Assembly: GCA_032718475.1 (NCBI GenBank)
Contig: JAUCBJ010008837.1
Span: forward strand, 21,638 to 85,637
DNA from: Nemertoderma westbladi
Lineage: Eukaryota > Animalia > Xenacoelomorpha
Direction: 5' to 3'
Length of the DNA stretch: 64,000 bases
Of the stretch, positions 13,227 to 25,100 are shown one piece after another. The translations under genes and the position numbers were made by a program. How positions within the stretch are numbered: the first letter of the stretch is position 1; each line of letters starts with the position of its first letter. Under the pieces are notes generated by a model that saw only the letters and a program-made list of their open reading frames with translations, did not search any database and was not told the origin of the DNA.

Positions 13227-13397
13227 ATGGTTAAAACGGGAGTAACATTTAGAAAATTATATTTAGTATCGAGTAAACCGTTAGCTGCTGATTTAAAACC
13301 ACAAGATATACCTAGAGTAAATACTACAAAAAGAAAACCCTTTAAAACATCAACTTCGAAGAAAATAATTAAAAAATTTCAGTTGTTCTTACGGTGA
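13227..13397 (+). CDS. Small Lys-rich ORF (56 aa)
   Basis: MVKTGVTFRKLYLVS...; fills the gap between core gene and integrase, with TAATAATG start context like its neighbours. Confidence 0.4.
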   Translation: MVKTGVTFRKLYLVSSKPLAADLKPQDIPRVNTTKRKPFKTSTSKKIIKKFQLFLR

Positions 13398-13448
13398 TGC
13401 CCTTTATAAGAGATTTGAATATACATATTACTTGTGGTTGTCGAAAAG

Positions 13449-14540
13449 ATGCCTCGCAAGATGAAACCGATTTTAAGCCGAAGCTTAGACAAAAAACTGT
13501 TAAGAATTTATTTAGATCCTTCATCCCCTGCGGGATTTGCAAGTGTTGCAAAATTAGCAAAAGCTGCAAACATCAAACCGGCGCAAGCCCAGCAATGGTT
13601 GAGCGGACAAAAGACATACACCCTTCACGCTCCACATAGACAACATTATCCAACATCTAAAATATTTACGGGAGGCATAAAAGATATATATATGATAGAT
13701 CTGGTGGATATGCAGCAATATAAGTCGCAAAATAATAATTATAACTATATATTAACGTGCATTGATGCCTTCAGTCGGCTTGCTTTTGGCTATGCTATGA
13801 AAACAAAAAAGGGTGTTGAAATTATTAGTATATTGCAAAAAATATTCCAGAAAGGAAAACCAAACAGAATCGCCACGGATCAAGGTTCTGAGTTTCTAAA
13901 TAAATCTGTAAGGAAATATTTAGATACGTTAGGTATACAGTATTACGTAATGTATTCTGTGAATAAGGCGGCTATTGTCGAGAGATTTAACAGAACCTTA
14001 AAAACAAAGATGTTCAAAATTTTCACGCAAAGGGGAAATAATATTTGGATAAAAATTTTACCTAAGCTTATCTCGGCTTATAATAGGTCGTATCATAGAA
14101 CAATACAAATGACACCTATTGAAGTTAATAAATTTAATGAAACTGAATTAATGAATAGATTATATGGGAAATATAGACAGATAAATCACAAGAAAATAAA
14201 ATTTAAAGTTGGAGATACAGTACGATTATCTATTGCTCGTACTGCTTTTGCTAAAGGCTATCGAGAACAATGGACACGTGAATTATTTATTATTCATCGG
14301 GTCAGGTTGGATAGAGTACCAGCGGTAATGTTCGATATTAAGGACAGCACCGGAGCTATAATAAAGGGCTCATTTTATTCTCACGAACTTCAAAAGGTCC
14401 ACCCGAATAATAATATTTATCTAGCAATTGACAAAAAAAATATTGGCAAACTTAAAGAACGTGTACGCAATGGGAAGAAAGAATATTTAGTCCGATTCAT
14501 CGGATCCAAGAAACAGTCCTGGGTACAGCATATTCAATAA
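13449..14540 (+). CDS. Retroviral-like (rve, c-integrase) DDE integrase with chromodomain-like C-terminus
   Basis: IDLVDM, IDAFSR, TDQGSEF, VERFNRTLK catalytic motifs; FKVGDTVR; KEYLVRFIG...SWV tail. First ATG at 13449. Confidence 0.95.
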   Translation: MPRKMKPILSRSLDKKLLRIYLDPSSPAGFASVAKLAKAANIKPAQAQQWLSGQKTYTLHAPHRQHYPTSKIFTGGIKDIYMIDLVDMQQYKSQNNNYNYILTCIDAFSRLAFGYAMKTKKGVEIISILQKIFQKGKPNRIATDQGSEFLNKSVRKYLDTLGIQYYVMYSVNKAAIVERFNRTLKTKMFKIFTQRGNNIWIKILPKLISAYNRSYHRTIQMTPIEVNKFNETELMNRLYGKYRQINHKKIKFKVGDTVRLSIARTAFAKGYREQWTRELFIIHRVRLDRVPAVMFDIKDSTGAIIKGSFYSHELQKVHPNNNIYLAIDKKNIGKLKERVRNGKKEYLVRFIGSKKQSWVQHIQ

Positions 14541-14792
14541 GCTTAGGTTTATACTGTATATTAATTCATTTTGGTCGCATATGACCGTAATTAATCAATA
14601 ATATTAACTCGAATGATATTACTATATCTATAGTTCATCCGCTTTAAATAAAGCCAGTAAAATATTGATCCCACGCATATACTGTAGAAGATGCTGGCAA
14701 TGAACGTGGTCACAGATGTCTATAATTTAACATTATACTGTATGTACAAAGGAGTCAAGTAGAGAGAGCGAGCTTAAATAATAATAATAATA

Positions 14793-15665
14793 ATGGCCAC
14801 AGATACATATATCACTCTACTTTCAGATAGCTCATTGAACACTTATCCCAATAATAATCCTAGTGAGTTTACTGTTGATTTAGCCGAAGAATTATATATT
14901 GGTCCAAATGCCAAAATTGGACTTGCCGAACTTCAATACCAAGCAACATACAGTAATATTACGCTGCAAACTCAAATTTCGCTGTCAATCGGGGTAGATG
15001 CAAAAGATGCCAAATTATATAGTTTATTTCCTGGTATGCATAACTCTATTCAAGTGATTATTGATGATATAAATAAACTGTTTAATTCTGAAGCGAAATA
15101 TAGAGATTTCGAATTCATTTTTAATACAAATAATTCTAGAATTAAATTTAAATTTCCTAAAAAGTTGAAAAAAATACAATTAAGTCCACGCGGCGATTTA
15201 ATACAAATTCTAGGCTTAAAACCGTTATTGGATCGGAATCATCTGGATATTCCGAATTGGGATATATACAGTACCACTACAGTAGATGAATTAAGCAATA
15301 TAGAACAGCCGATATTAATTTTAAATTATAGCGGGCCAAAAATTTCGGAAATCGGCATTTTAGATTTTCCAGCTCCCACAAATATAACACGTAATAAAGA
15401 CACTATCTTTATATACACAGATATTATTAAGAGCTCATTTGTTGGCGATGCTTTAGCTCCGCTCTTAAGAACCTGCCCTTTAACGCAATTAAATCGAAAA
15501 TATATTAATCACGAATACGAGAGCATTTGCTATTTCCCATTGTTGAATAAAAAACTAAAAACAATCTTAATTACTTTACGTGACGGCCAAGGCCAATTAA
15601 TTAACTTCAGCGGAGGTCGCACTGTTATAACACTTAAGTTAATACGGGGTGGCGGTGATGGATGA
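14793..15665 (+). CDS. Minor capsid protein (penton), copy 1
   Basis: YITL.SDSS...YP.N.PSEFTV.L...IGLAELQY start; IFIYTDII....VGD..APLLR...YFPL...I.ITLRD..GQ.INF end. Confidence 0.88.
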   Translation: MATDTYITLLSDSSLNTYPNNNPSEFTVDLAEELYIGPNAKIGLAELQYQATYSNITLQTQISLSIGVDAKDAKLYSLFPGMHNSIQVIIDDINKLFNSEAKYRDFEFIFNTNNSRIKFKFPKKLKKIQLSPRGDLIQILGLKPLLDRNHLDIPNWDIYSTTTVDELSNIEQPILILNYSGPKISEIGILDFPAPTNITRNKDTIFIYTDIIKSSFVGDALAPLLRTCPLTQLNRKYINHEYESICYFPLLNKKLKTILITLRDGQGQLINFSGGRTVITLKLIRGGGDG

Positions 15666-16515
15666 GTTCTACGTTAGACTACCAAGTAATTCCTGTCCGA
15701 TTGATTTTCCCCGCAATAGCGCTAGTAATTATCAGATAAATTTCCACGGCGCCTTACCTATAAATCCAAACGAAAACTGGGTGGTAGGTATAAAAAGTAT
15801 ATTTTACTTAGCAACGTTGCCGTCCATGTATAACAATGTAGAGAATGTTATTTTATTAAAAAAAGGGAAAAAAATTTTTGAGGATACACTTCCATCTGGT
15901 TTATTCTACAGTATCAACGACATTATAGATTATTTTAACACGGGGACATTGAAAGATAAATTACAAATAGTTGAAAATACTCAGCAAAATAGATTGCAAT
16001 TTATTTTAGGGAAAACTGTGCGAGAGTTATTTATAGGTCAACAATTAGCCTATTATTTTGGAATTACTGAAAATAATCTCGGCGCGAATTTAAATCCAAA
16101 TTTTAAAATTATTTTGAAGACGAAAAATAATATAAAGGGTTATTTAATAAAGGTTATCGGAAATGGAGAAAAAGCTTACCAGATGGTATTTTTATGCCCT
16201 CAACCGCCCAACTCTATTCCAGAACCTAAATCGAACATGTACGTGACTACTAATATAATTGAAAATCAATATATTAATGACTTTGGTTTAGCTTTACTTC
16301 GTCGTGTTGCGATACCTGATGATGTGAAATATGGTAGCGTAATAAATAAAGAATTTGTCAAGGATACAATTCATTATATCCCTGTAAAAAAATCATATAA
16401 GATAACATACATTCATATTGAAATAACAGACAAAGAAGGAAAAGATTTGAATTTTGAATACGGGACAACATCTATTACATTACACTTTAAACGAATAAAT
16501 TCAAATGGATTCTGA
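15658..16515 (+). CDS. Minor capsid protein (penton), copy 2
   Basis: FYVRLPSNS...FP.NSASNY...WVVGIKSIFY; MYVTTNIIE.QYI.D...ALLR...YIPV...IHIEITD..GK.LNFEYG; ATG overlaps the end of copy 1. Confidence 0.88.
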   Translation: MDEFYVRLPSNSCPIDFPRNSASNYQINFHGALPINPNENWVVGIKSIFYLATLPSMYNNVENVILLKKGKKIFEDTLPSGLFYSINDIIDYFNTGTLKDKLQIVENTQQNRLQFILGKTVRELFIGQQLAYYFGITENNLGANLNPNFKIILKTKNNIKGYLIKVIGNGEKAYQMVFLCPQPPNSIPEPKSNMYVTTNIIENQYINDFGLALLRRVAIPDDVKYGSVINKEFVKDTIHYIPVKKSYKITYIHIEITDKEGKDLNFEYGTTSITLHFKRINSNGF

Positions 16516-17065
16516 TTTATTTCAAAGATACAGTAAACCTCAATATGGGGGTTCAGACTCTAATCTTGCTGTTTTTAAAGGCGGAAGAAGTACCAGAGGC
16601 TCGACGCAAGTTCCTGTTTTTCGTGGTGGTTCATATATTGACCCTTACGGTCAACAAATTGGCACATTTGGTCCAAACTTAAAACAACGTCGTTTTCAGC
16701 GTTATCGTAGGGGTATGCGGGCAAATCAACACGGAGAAGGTATATTTACAGACGCTTTATCTACATTGAAAAAATTTGGTAAGCCATTAGCTAAAAAAGT
16801 TTTACAGAAAGCTTTACCATTTACCACAAAATTTATGAGACAACACGTAATACCAAAAGGTAAGCGGGTCTTACATCAGCAGGCTAATACGGTTATTAAT
16901 AAAGCATTAAATAAAATGAAACCGTCAACAAGGTCGGTTGTAGAAAAAGTTTATAGAGATTTAAAGCGACCCGCTAGACCAATGTCTATGAACATACATC
17001 ATCGACGTAGTAAAAAGAGAAATATAAAAGGCAAACTGAAACACTGCGAAAAAAGTATTTTTTAA
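16505..17065 (+). CDS. Arg/Lys-rich core protein with probable protease sites (QYGG|S, QHGE|G)
   Basis: Position before MCP, basic composition, Q.G.G followed by an amphipathic helix. Confidence 0.75.
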   Translation: MDSDLFQRYSKPQYGGSDSNLAVFKGGRSTRGSTQVPVFRGGSYIDPYGQQIGTFGPNLKQRRFQRYRRGMRANQHGEGIFTDALSTLKKFGKPLAKKVLQKALPFTTKFMRQHVIPKGKRVLHQQANTVINKALNKMKPSTRSVVEKVYRDLKRPARPMSMNIHHRRSKKRNIKGKLKHCEKSIF

Positions 17066-17067
17066 TA

Positions 17068-18327
17068 ATGTCAATTATTAAGGAATTAGATTTATTTTCT
17101 ACACAGCCAATACAGACTGAATTTAAAGCAAAACATTATGAAACAATTTACCCCGTATCTAATCTCAGAAGTGAATCTAGGGAGGTCACCTTCCTTGTAC
17201 CCAGATCCAATGAATTCTATACGAAACTGCAAGACACGTTATTAATTACAAAATGTACAGTACGTTGGGATAGACGACTTGAAAACTCCCATATTTATAT
17301 GCTGAATTACCCAGCTGAAACTATGTGGAGTGATATTAAAATAGACCTTAATGAGAAGCAGGTTGAAAATAGCAATAACCATTATTTCTACAAGTCGTAC
17401 TTATCCAATTTATTATTTACAACTTACGAGGATAAAAATTGGCTACTGGGTGCTGGTGGCTTTCATCAACCTTTATCTGAACACGGAAATGAAATTGATC
17501 CCGGCGCGCATCCTATTGCCGATGCCTTTAGTAAACAAATGCAATTTGTAAGTGGATTGACGATTGATTTTGATACTGAAACTAAAATAATACAACCTGG
17601 GTATGATTTAAGAATGCATTTTAGAAAAGTATCAAATTCGTTTATTTTTAAAATCACTCCAAACGCAAACGCCGTGACAAATCTTCGACTAGAATTAGAT
17701 GAAATAAAAATTCTAATCCCTAGAATGGAGGTTAATCCAGTAATAGAAAGCAGTCACCTAAAAGGTTTAGAGAGCTACGATATTGAATATCAATTTCAAA
17801 AAAAGGAGGTGACAACATTTACTATTCCCGCTCAAACCACAAATTACACTCAAACAAACATATTTGATGGTAAAAAACCCAAATTAGTTATTATTGGCTT
17901 CATAACAAATAACGCTTATTCGGGAGAATTAATTAGCAATCCCTTGAAATTTGAACATTTTAACCTTAGACACGCGGAACTGATTGTAGACGGTCTTCCA
18001 GTAGGGGGTGTAATATACGAACCTAATTTTACAGATGGAACATATATTTTTGAGTATACTCAATTAATGAAGAACATTAATACATATATTAACGGTTATG
18101 GGGGTAATAATATAGACCATGAAACCTACTTAGGTAATTGTCCCCTCCTATCCTGGGACCTAATCGCCGACGGCTATGTTAGAGATCCGCAACCGTCGAT
18201 ATATACTAACGGTCAATTAAAATTAAGATTTGCCAAACCATTGGTTGAAACCATAAATGTAATCGTTTTTAATATTTATGATCAATCATTAAGTTTAAAT
18301 AGCAGGAAAGAAATACATATCGATTAA
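17068..18327 (+). CDS. Major capsid protein (double jelly-roll)
   Basis: ELDLFS..PIQT start, Y.YKSYL.NLL, NIFDG..PK.VIIGF..N.AYSG....NP..FEHFNL, G.L.LRFAKPL..TINVIV; 419 aa. Confidence 0.93.
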   Translation: MSIIKELDLFSTQPIQTEFKAKHYETIYPVSNLRSESREVTFLVPRSNEFYTKLQDTLLITKCTVRWDRRLENSHIYMLNYPAETMWSDIKIDLNEKQVENSNNHYFYKSYLSNLLFTTYEDKNWLLGAGGFHQPLSEHGNEIDPGAHPIADAFSKQMQFVSGLTIDFDTETKIIQPGYDLRMHFRKVSNSFIFKITPNANAVTNLRLELDEIKILIPRMEVNPVIESSHLKGLESYDIEYQFQKKEVTTFTIPAQTTNYTQTNIFDGKKPKLVIIGFITNNAYSGELISNPLKFEHFNLRHAELIVDGLPVGGVIYEPNFTDGTYIFEYTQLMKNINTYINGYGGNNIDHETYLGNCPLLSWDLIADGYVRDPQPSIYTNGQLKLRFAKPLVETINVIVFNIYDQSLSLNSRKEIHID

Positions 18328-18329
18328 GT

Positions 18330-18782
18330 ATGTTATCTACAGAGGACCTTGATATGTTTCCAGTGGGTGGTCACTATTTGGGCGCGTTTCCAGCTAATAA
18401 ATTACCTAAATTAGATAATAATAAGCAGCAGGATTATGGCTTGATAGTAAATACCGATAAACAGCATCTGCCTGGGATTCATTGGATCGCGATATATATA
18501 CGAGATAATGAGGCCGAAGTATTTGACTCGTTTGGACCAAAATATCCAAACAGATGCATCGAAAAATGGCTTGAGAAAAATTCCGCAAGGTGGCGTACTA
18601 CACGCAAACAATTTCAAGACCCCAGGAGGACCACATGCGGTCTATACTGTCTCTATTACTTAGTAAATCGAATTGACACAAACTATCCAATGAGAGCATT
18701 TACAAATAATGTGGAAATCAATGAAATAATATTATATAAATGGCTTGTTAATTATTATAAATTAAACCAACAAACTTTGTAA
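18330..18782 (+). CDS. Adenain-like cysteine protease
   Basis: IVNTD...PGIHWIAI (His), FDSFG (Asp), Q.....TCGLYC (Gln/Cys). Confidence 0.93.
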   Translation: MLSTEDLDMFPVGGHYLGAFPANKLPKLDNNKQQDYGLIVNTDKQHLPGIHWIAIYIRDNEAEVFDSFGPKYPNRCIEKWLEKNSARWRTTRKQFQDPRRTTCGLYCLYYLVNRIDTNYPMRAFTNNVEINEIILYKWLVNYYKLNQQTL

Positions 18783-18813
18783 TTAATTATTTAACTTTTG
18801 TTTATCAGATAAA

Positions 18814-19413
18814 ATGGATAATATTATTTTTGTTGATTTTCAATACTATAAGATAGACAATAAAGAGTATCCGGTAGTATTTAAAGAATTTGCAATATAT
18901 GATTCTAATTACACCAAAACTAATGTAAAGACGTTTTTAATTAAAGGCCCGTCTAATATTAAGTTATCAGCTTTAGATGCAGCTCACGTAAACAATTTAC
19001 GTGATATGACTTCTCACTTGCCCTGGAACTACGGGGACATTTCTCAAGACAACTTTAAAAAATATATGAAGAGACATTTAAAATATAAAAAAAATATTCA
19101 TGTATTTGGGTTGATGAAGCGGGCAATATTAGTTTCCCAACTCGATGTTCTCGAGCCAAATTTGGTTGAGAAATTGGGAATATATAAGCAATATCACGAT
19201 TATTTAACCCCATGCCGGTTCCACGACCGATTTACTACAGTGGAAAGTAAACGCTCGTTTCACTTAAACATAAGGGATAACTGTCTGCGATACTGCTCAG
19301 CAAAACGTGTTGGCGGGTATGAGGCTCTACACTTTTTCATGAGAAAGCGTTTAACTGCGGCTGATGATGATGATAAACAGAAAGAAATAACTGCGGTGGA
19401 AGATGTACTGTAG
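18814..19413 (+). CDS. Putative DEDD/RNase H-fold nuclease-like accessory protein
   Basis: IIFVDFQ...VFKEFAI, HLPWNYGDI and C..H...CS pattern resembling a recurrent Maverick accessory ORF. Confidence 0.55.
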   Translation: MDNIIFVDFQYYKIDNKEYPVVFKEFAIYDSNYTKTNVKTFLIKGPSNIKLSALDAAHVNNLRDMTSHLPWNYGDISQDNFKKYMKRHLKYKKNIHVFGLMKRAILVSQLDVLEPNLVEKLGIYKQYHDYLTPCRFHDRFTTVESKRSFHLNIRDNCLRYCSAKRVGGYEALHFFMRKRLTAADDDDKQKEITAVEDVL

Positions 19414-19511
19414 GTTTACTCTAAGCATGTAATGTGATGGGATAATATAATTGTTTTAATGTCAATAAAAATAATAAAAACATTAAAATCTATTTTTTTA
19501 TATCTCAGTTT

Positions 19512-19528
19512 ACACACACACACACACA

Positions 19529-19619
<91 letters not shown>

Positions 19620-19629
19620 ACACACACAC
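19512..19629. repeat. (CA)n microsatellite inside the Maverick
   Basis: About 118 bp of nearly perfect CA repeat. Confidence 0.98.
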
Positions 19630-20502
19630 CCTGCACCTACCGGTAGCCGGCGGTTGTATCAGAGTTTAACTGTAGAACGACAGAATGGCCCCCGACAGCA
19701 ACCACAGAGCTTTAGCGTTACCGGTACCGTACTTACTAATAATAAAATTAAATTAAGTTGAGATGCGGGGTTTGTGAATACAGCATTAGAGGAGGCCTAG
19801 CTAACAATAGGGCTACTGGTACTGGCACGGTAGCACTCTTGTACCTGTATACTTGGATAGCGTAAGAGCATGCTGGTTTCTTTGATTTAAGGATTAGGCT
19901 ATTACACTTGAATGCTTCCAATTTTCTGTTTACAACTTTAATTGGTCTAATCTACATTACTGCGTGCTACTGTTGCATAGGTAAGCCTATACAGCTATAG
20001 TTAACTTTATGCGGGGCCCTTTTTCGCATGTTGACCCAATATGGTTTACGGATAGGTAAGGTACACCTTCATTCGGTTAGGTATATAGGCCTAATGACTA
20101 CTCCTCAACTGAAAGCTGACTACCTCACAGACACAATAGGTGTAGTTAGGTACCGGTAGCGCTATTGGACCTATAAAATCCCTCGCACTCTCTGTTACTA
20201 ACTTTCAACATTCACTTTATGTTGTATGCTATACCGTTAACTTTTAGTCAGGAACCCCATCATTCAACCAGTCATATAATGGCTCCACGCGGATACAATA
20301 GGTGTGGCCCGCAGTATACCTAACTAAGCCTATATAAAATCCACCCCATTCTCTGTTACTAACATTCACTCTATGTTGACGGGGGACTATATAAAACATA
20401 GTTAATTTATTTATGTTTAATAAATTTATAACAATAACTGATAGGCCTAACAATAACAATAACAACAACCCTAAATTTATTACTGTATTAGGTCTATACT
20501 TT

Positions 20503-20889
20503 TTATAGTCCTATATGTGAGTCCTCCTGTAGAGTTTCCTCCATTACCGGTCTTTGCGTTGGTATATTGAAGTGAAGTGTGTCATCTCTATCATTCTCCC
20601 AATTTTCGTTAGAAGCTGAGCTTCCCGATATTCGCGATGGTTGTATCTTTATAACTAGCGAGAAATCTTTTGAAATTTCAACTGTTGTTGGGGATAAAGG
20701 TAGACCATCTACCTGTACTTGACCAACTTCATATTCTATCGAAGTGAATCCAATCTCGAATTTTTTGTTAATATATCGTAACTCCATCTCAGCAATATTT
20801 GATGCAGTGAGATACGTTTCATCGCATGATTGTAATTCGATTTTTATACTACTTTTCAACTCACGGTTATTGAAAAAGGCGAATGTCAT
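20503..20889 (-). CDS. Hypothetical protein (128 aa)
   Basis: ATG-initiated ORF co-oriented with pPolB; no family recognised. Confidence 0.5.
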   Translation of the reverse strand: MTFAFFNNRELKSSIKIELQSCDETYLTASNIAEMELRYINKKFEIGFTSIEYEVGQVQVDGLPLSPTTVEISKDFSLVIKIQPSRISGSSASNENWENDRDDTLHFNIPTQRPVMEETLQEDSHIGL

Positions 20890-20992
20890 CTTCGAGTTGA
20901 CAGTTGAGGTAAGTTGTCGTTGTCGTCGTCGTCGTCGTAACTAGGTACCGGTACTAGAAAGAGTATCTTTAAATTGAATAGGTACCGTAAGC

Positions 20993-21256
20993 CTACTGAT
21001 ATTTTTTTTTCTTTTGTTTAACAAAATTATAGTTCACACTGTCAGAAAAATTGAGTTTATATATATTTTTGTAGAGGGTCGCAGATGTGTACATTACAAA
21101 ATTCTCATAGTTAACAAAATGCATAACATAAACCTTTCCCATGCGGATTAGCGATATATGCTCTGATCGTTGTTCTATACTGAATGTAGGGAGATGCATA
21201 GCGGATGTTTTAATGATATGTACCGGTATACAGACTAGTAACAGATAGGATGGCAT
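20993..21256 (-). CDS. Hypothetical protein (87 aa)
   Basis: ATG ORF co-oriented with neighbours; weak support. Confidence 0.3.
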   Translation of the reverse strand: MPSYLLLVCIPVHIIKTSAMHLPTFSIEQRSEHISLIRMGKVYVMHFVNYENFVMYTSATLYKNIYKLNFSDSVNYNFVKQKKKKYQ

Positions 21257-21641
21257 CGTCTTTGACTATGAATATCAGCACATACCCCTAATCTTTTCTC
21301 ACTGAGCTTAGCGTTGCCTGCTGTATACTCGCACACTCATAAGTAACAGATGCGCTATTGTGGCTCACTCGTGAGCAACAATGCCAAGTTAGCTAGCCGC
21401 GGCTGCTGAGTATACTATGCCTACTTGAGTGTTACAAGAAACAATCTCGCTACTGAAGTTAATTTCCCTCCTCAAACTAGTTGTTGATTTTAAAAAAATA
21501 TTCATAAATTTCTTCTCCCTTCAATTTAATATATATATTTTACAGTAAAAATCTCCACCACCAAACAGCAACAACAATAAATTTCATTCGTACTAATTAT
21601 ATTTTACATCAAAAACTCCCACACCAAACAATAATAAATTA

Positions 21642-22145
21642 TTAACCAGCTTGGATAATAGGATAATATATATGAAATTTAAACGGGGAACACATTAATG
21701 TACATTTACCAGTGTAGAAACAGCAAACAACAACAATATTATTTATTCTGACTTTACAGTTATTGAATATTTCAGGGTCGTATGAAATTTCTAGTTTAAC
21801 ATTATCAAATATAACATAAAACCCGATATTGTTTATAAGTAACCTATAAATTACAGTATCGATACTAAAAATATAAGTACACAAATTGATTGATTTAAAA
21901 ATCAAATTAATGTTTGTTTTTTCTAATATATGTTTTTTCACTTTATTAAAATTATATTTTCTACCGAGAATTGTTATTCATCCATTTGTAAACATTAATA
22001 TAGTTGCACCAAATACCTTATATATAAACTGATTAGGTTTGAGTACAATTTTACCATTCAATTGATTTTTTAATTCTTTCAAATTAAGTCCATAAATAAT
22101 CTGCTTACAACTTATATTTTTATTTACTATTTGATAATTCATCAT
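21642..22145 (-). pseudogene. TBP-like protein with one in-frame TGA
   Basis: Two listed ORFs share one frame: ...KPNQFIYKVFGATILMFTNG*ITILG...ISYDPEIFNNCKVRINNIVVVCCFYTGKCTLM. Stop at 21978-21980. Homologous to 44108-44614; start overlaps the pPolB end. Confidence 0.75.
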
Positions 22146-25100
22146 CAACACCATCGTCTTTTGGTTCTTCATAAATTGGTATATTTGATATTTTTATAGG
22201 TTTTTTGAGGTTTGTTTTATAGTGCCCCCAAGGAAGCGATTGATTTTTATTAAGCCAATAAAGTTTATCATCAAAGCTGCTGAGCGCAAATTTATTTTGC
22301 TTTAAGGTATAAATACGATGTAATTTAGATTGAAATCTGTGTATGTTTTTTTTTATTTCTTCATTTGAGTTATATGCTTTTAAATATTCTTCATGTGTAA
22401 TATTCGTTTCCACAACAGCTCTTGTAATACCTTTTGCTCTACGAATATTTTTATTATTCCATTCCAAAATTGAATATAATTTTGGTCTTAAAAATACTGC
22501 TTGTTTAATTTCACGTGAGGCTAGTTCGTCTTTACAGTAATAGAGCCTAGATTTATTTTTATCACTGTAGAGCGGGTGATCCTTAGGGTAATTGGATGTA
22601 TCTAAAATATTATTTTTAATTAATGCTTTAAAAAAATTATTCTGCGATGTATTATAGTAACAGCCTATCAAAGAGTCAGTGTCTGACGCAGCAATTTCAA
22701 TACGACAGTTTAATTCTTTCTCAATAGGTAGCAATTTATTGTAATACAGATCATACATATCCAATTTAGCCAAGTCCAACACAGCGCTACCAATAAATAT
22801 AGGCTTATCGAGAGTTACAGAGTCTTTCACTAATAAATGTCCCGATAGTGTATTATTGTATATTATAAATTGTTCATGATTAATACGATTTACCAATTGA
22901 TCGCATTTATCATTGCTATTTGCGATACGAAAGTTACACCGATCTCTTATTTTTTCTATTGATTTGCCAAACAGTGAATTATTGAGCAATTTCGCGACAG
23001 CTGTTTCAATGTAACTTTTTGCTAGGCGCCTTTGATTAATATTAAAATCGATGTAATTTTTAAATACAAATTCTTGTTGAAAAGAATATAATTTATGTAG
23101 TTTAGTAACAATTAATCCATGTTTTATATAAAATTTTAACAGTTTCAAATGTAAATGATAAAACTCTTTATCAAATTGTGTCAGCATGAGTTTTGGTATA
23201 GACATTCTATATTTACGGGAGGTACCTCTTTGTATTGACAAGTTATTAAATTGTTCCCGCATATAAGGCGAAAGCATTGATTCATTTATACTTAAATGCT
23301 CAGGGGCTAACAGTAATTGTAATGTTTGATCGTGAATAGCCTTGGGATAATTTAAATCACATATTAAAAAATATCCAGTAGATCCCTCAATATCTAAATC
23401 TACCAAGTACTCGATTAGTTTTTCTGGTATTGCATTCTCTAAATGTTTAATACTTACTTCTTTGAATTGTGAGGTGGGTAGTTTTTTACTTAAATTCCCA
23501 GAATATAAGGAGTTGAAATCAATATTAAAAATATGGCATTCTTCCTTAGTAGAATCATATGTACTTGTACCTGGTATATTTGATTCTATATAATGCTTTC
23601 GACAAAATGAAACACCACCCCTAATTGATTTTTCAAAATCTCTATATGTCTGATAATCCTTTATTAATTCTATTTTACATTTATTATATTTTAGCGCGCA
23701 ATCATATGTAAATGACGCGATACTACAGTAAAAAACCACTTCTAAATCGTAATTTTGTTTACAAACATTCCTAAAATTCTCAAATATATCGGCAAGCAAA
23801 CAAACATCGAGTTTTAAATAGGCTAAAAGATAATCTTTGAGATTCACGCAGTCGAATTCAACCCATGATATTCCCGCAAACCTATAATCTTCAATTGTGC
23901 ATGTTTTTTGACTTAAGTTACTAAAAAAATTATTTATAGACGGCAAACCAGTATCATTAAATTTATTAATATCTGTCAAGTACTCGTATGGAAATACTCC
24001 TTTCCGTTTAATTGTTGAGTTATTCAAGTTTGGATAAAAATATTTCATTTCTTGTAGAGTAATAGGTAAAATTGAGCTTATATCATGACTGGCTACATCC
24101 TTTGTTGAACACTCAACTAAATTACTTAAAGAAAAGCTTAAAAATTGATATGTGTCTAAGAAACGTAACTCAATTTTTTAGAAGTGTTTTTAATTGGGAT
24201 AAACGCACTCAGTGAAATATATCGTTCTGTATTTCTCGGTATAACCTTTATATCCCAATCTGTGTATTTCTTATCTCTAAATCCGCTTTGTAATATACAA
24301 TGTATATCATAGTTGTTGGAATTGTGGCCGCAAAGTACATACAGGTATCGTTTCAACGATAAACTTCGGTTACAACTATTACAGGCTGCCGCAATATATT
24401 TACCTGTAATATGTGAATGATGTCTGTTTTTCCCTACTTTATTATTTAAAGTAACATTACAATAAAAACAAAATTTTGCTTGTTCAAAATTTACAAAATC
24501 AATATTAGTAAATGACATAGTTTTATGAGTGTATATGTCTGACCAACAACATAATTCAGTTATATCAGTATATAATGAATCTAAGAAATCTTGAATACAA
24601 TTATTATTATTATTTGTCTTTACAAATGTTTTCAAATGACATTTTGGAGGGTCAATTAATTCAGTATTGGGAACAATTAAATAACTCACAGCACACGGTA
24701 TATGCTCCTGTATAATTTGATTATTAACTGACGGTTGTAAGATACATTCTATATCAAAGTAGGTGACAAACAATGGGGATAAGGTTCTATCTAAATTTGT
24801 AAAACTAATGTGTGTTCTTTTTTTAGGTAGTGTCTCCCGCTGACTTCTTCCTTGGTAGCAAGCGAGACGGTGTTGATGAAGAACTTCTGCTCGAAAAAAA
24901 TGAGCCAAACACCTTTCGCAATATTTCCTATTTTGGATATGAAGAGCTGTCGTATTCAGCAATCGATTCAAGTTAGTTATGGAAACATAATGATTCTGTT
25001 TAGGTACATTGTTATTTTTTACTACAAGTAATATATTTAATAACTGTTTATCGGGTGTAATTTTACTAAACGGAGGTTGTCTTAATATAGATACCGGGGT

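Noticed and set aside
19416-19761. ORFs encoding (CV)n and (HT)n
   Set aside because: Translations of the (CA)n microsatellite.
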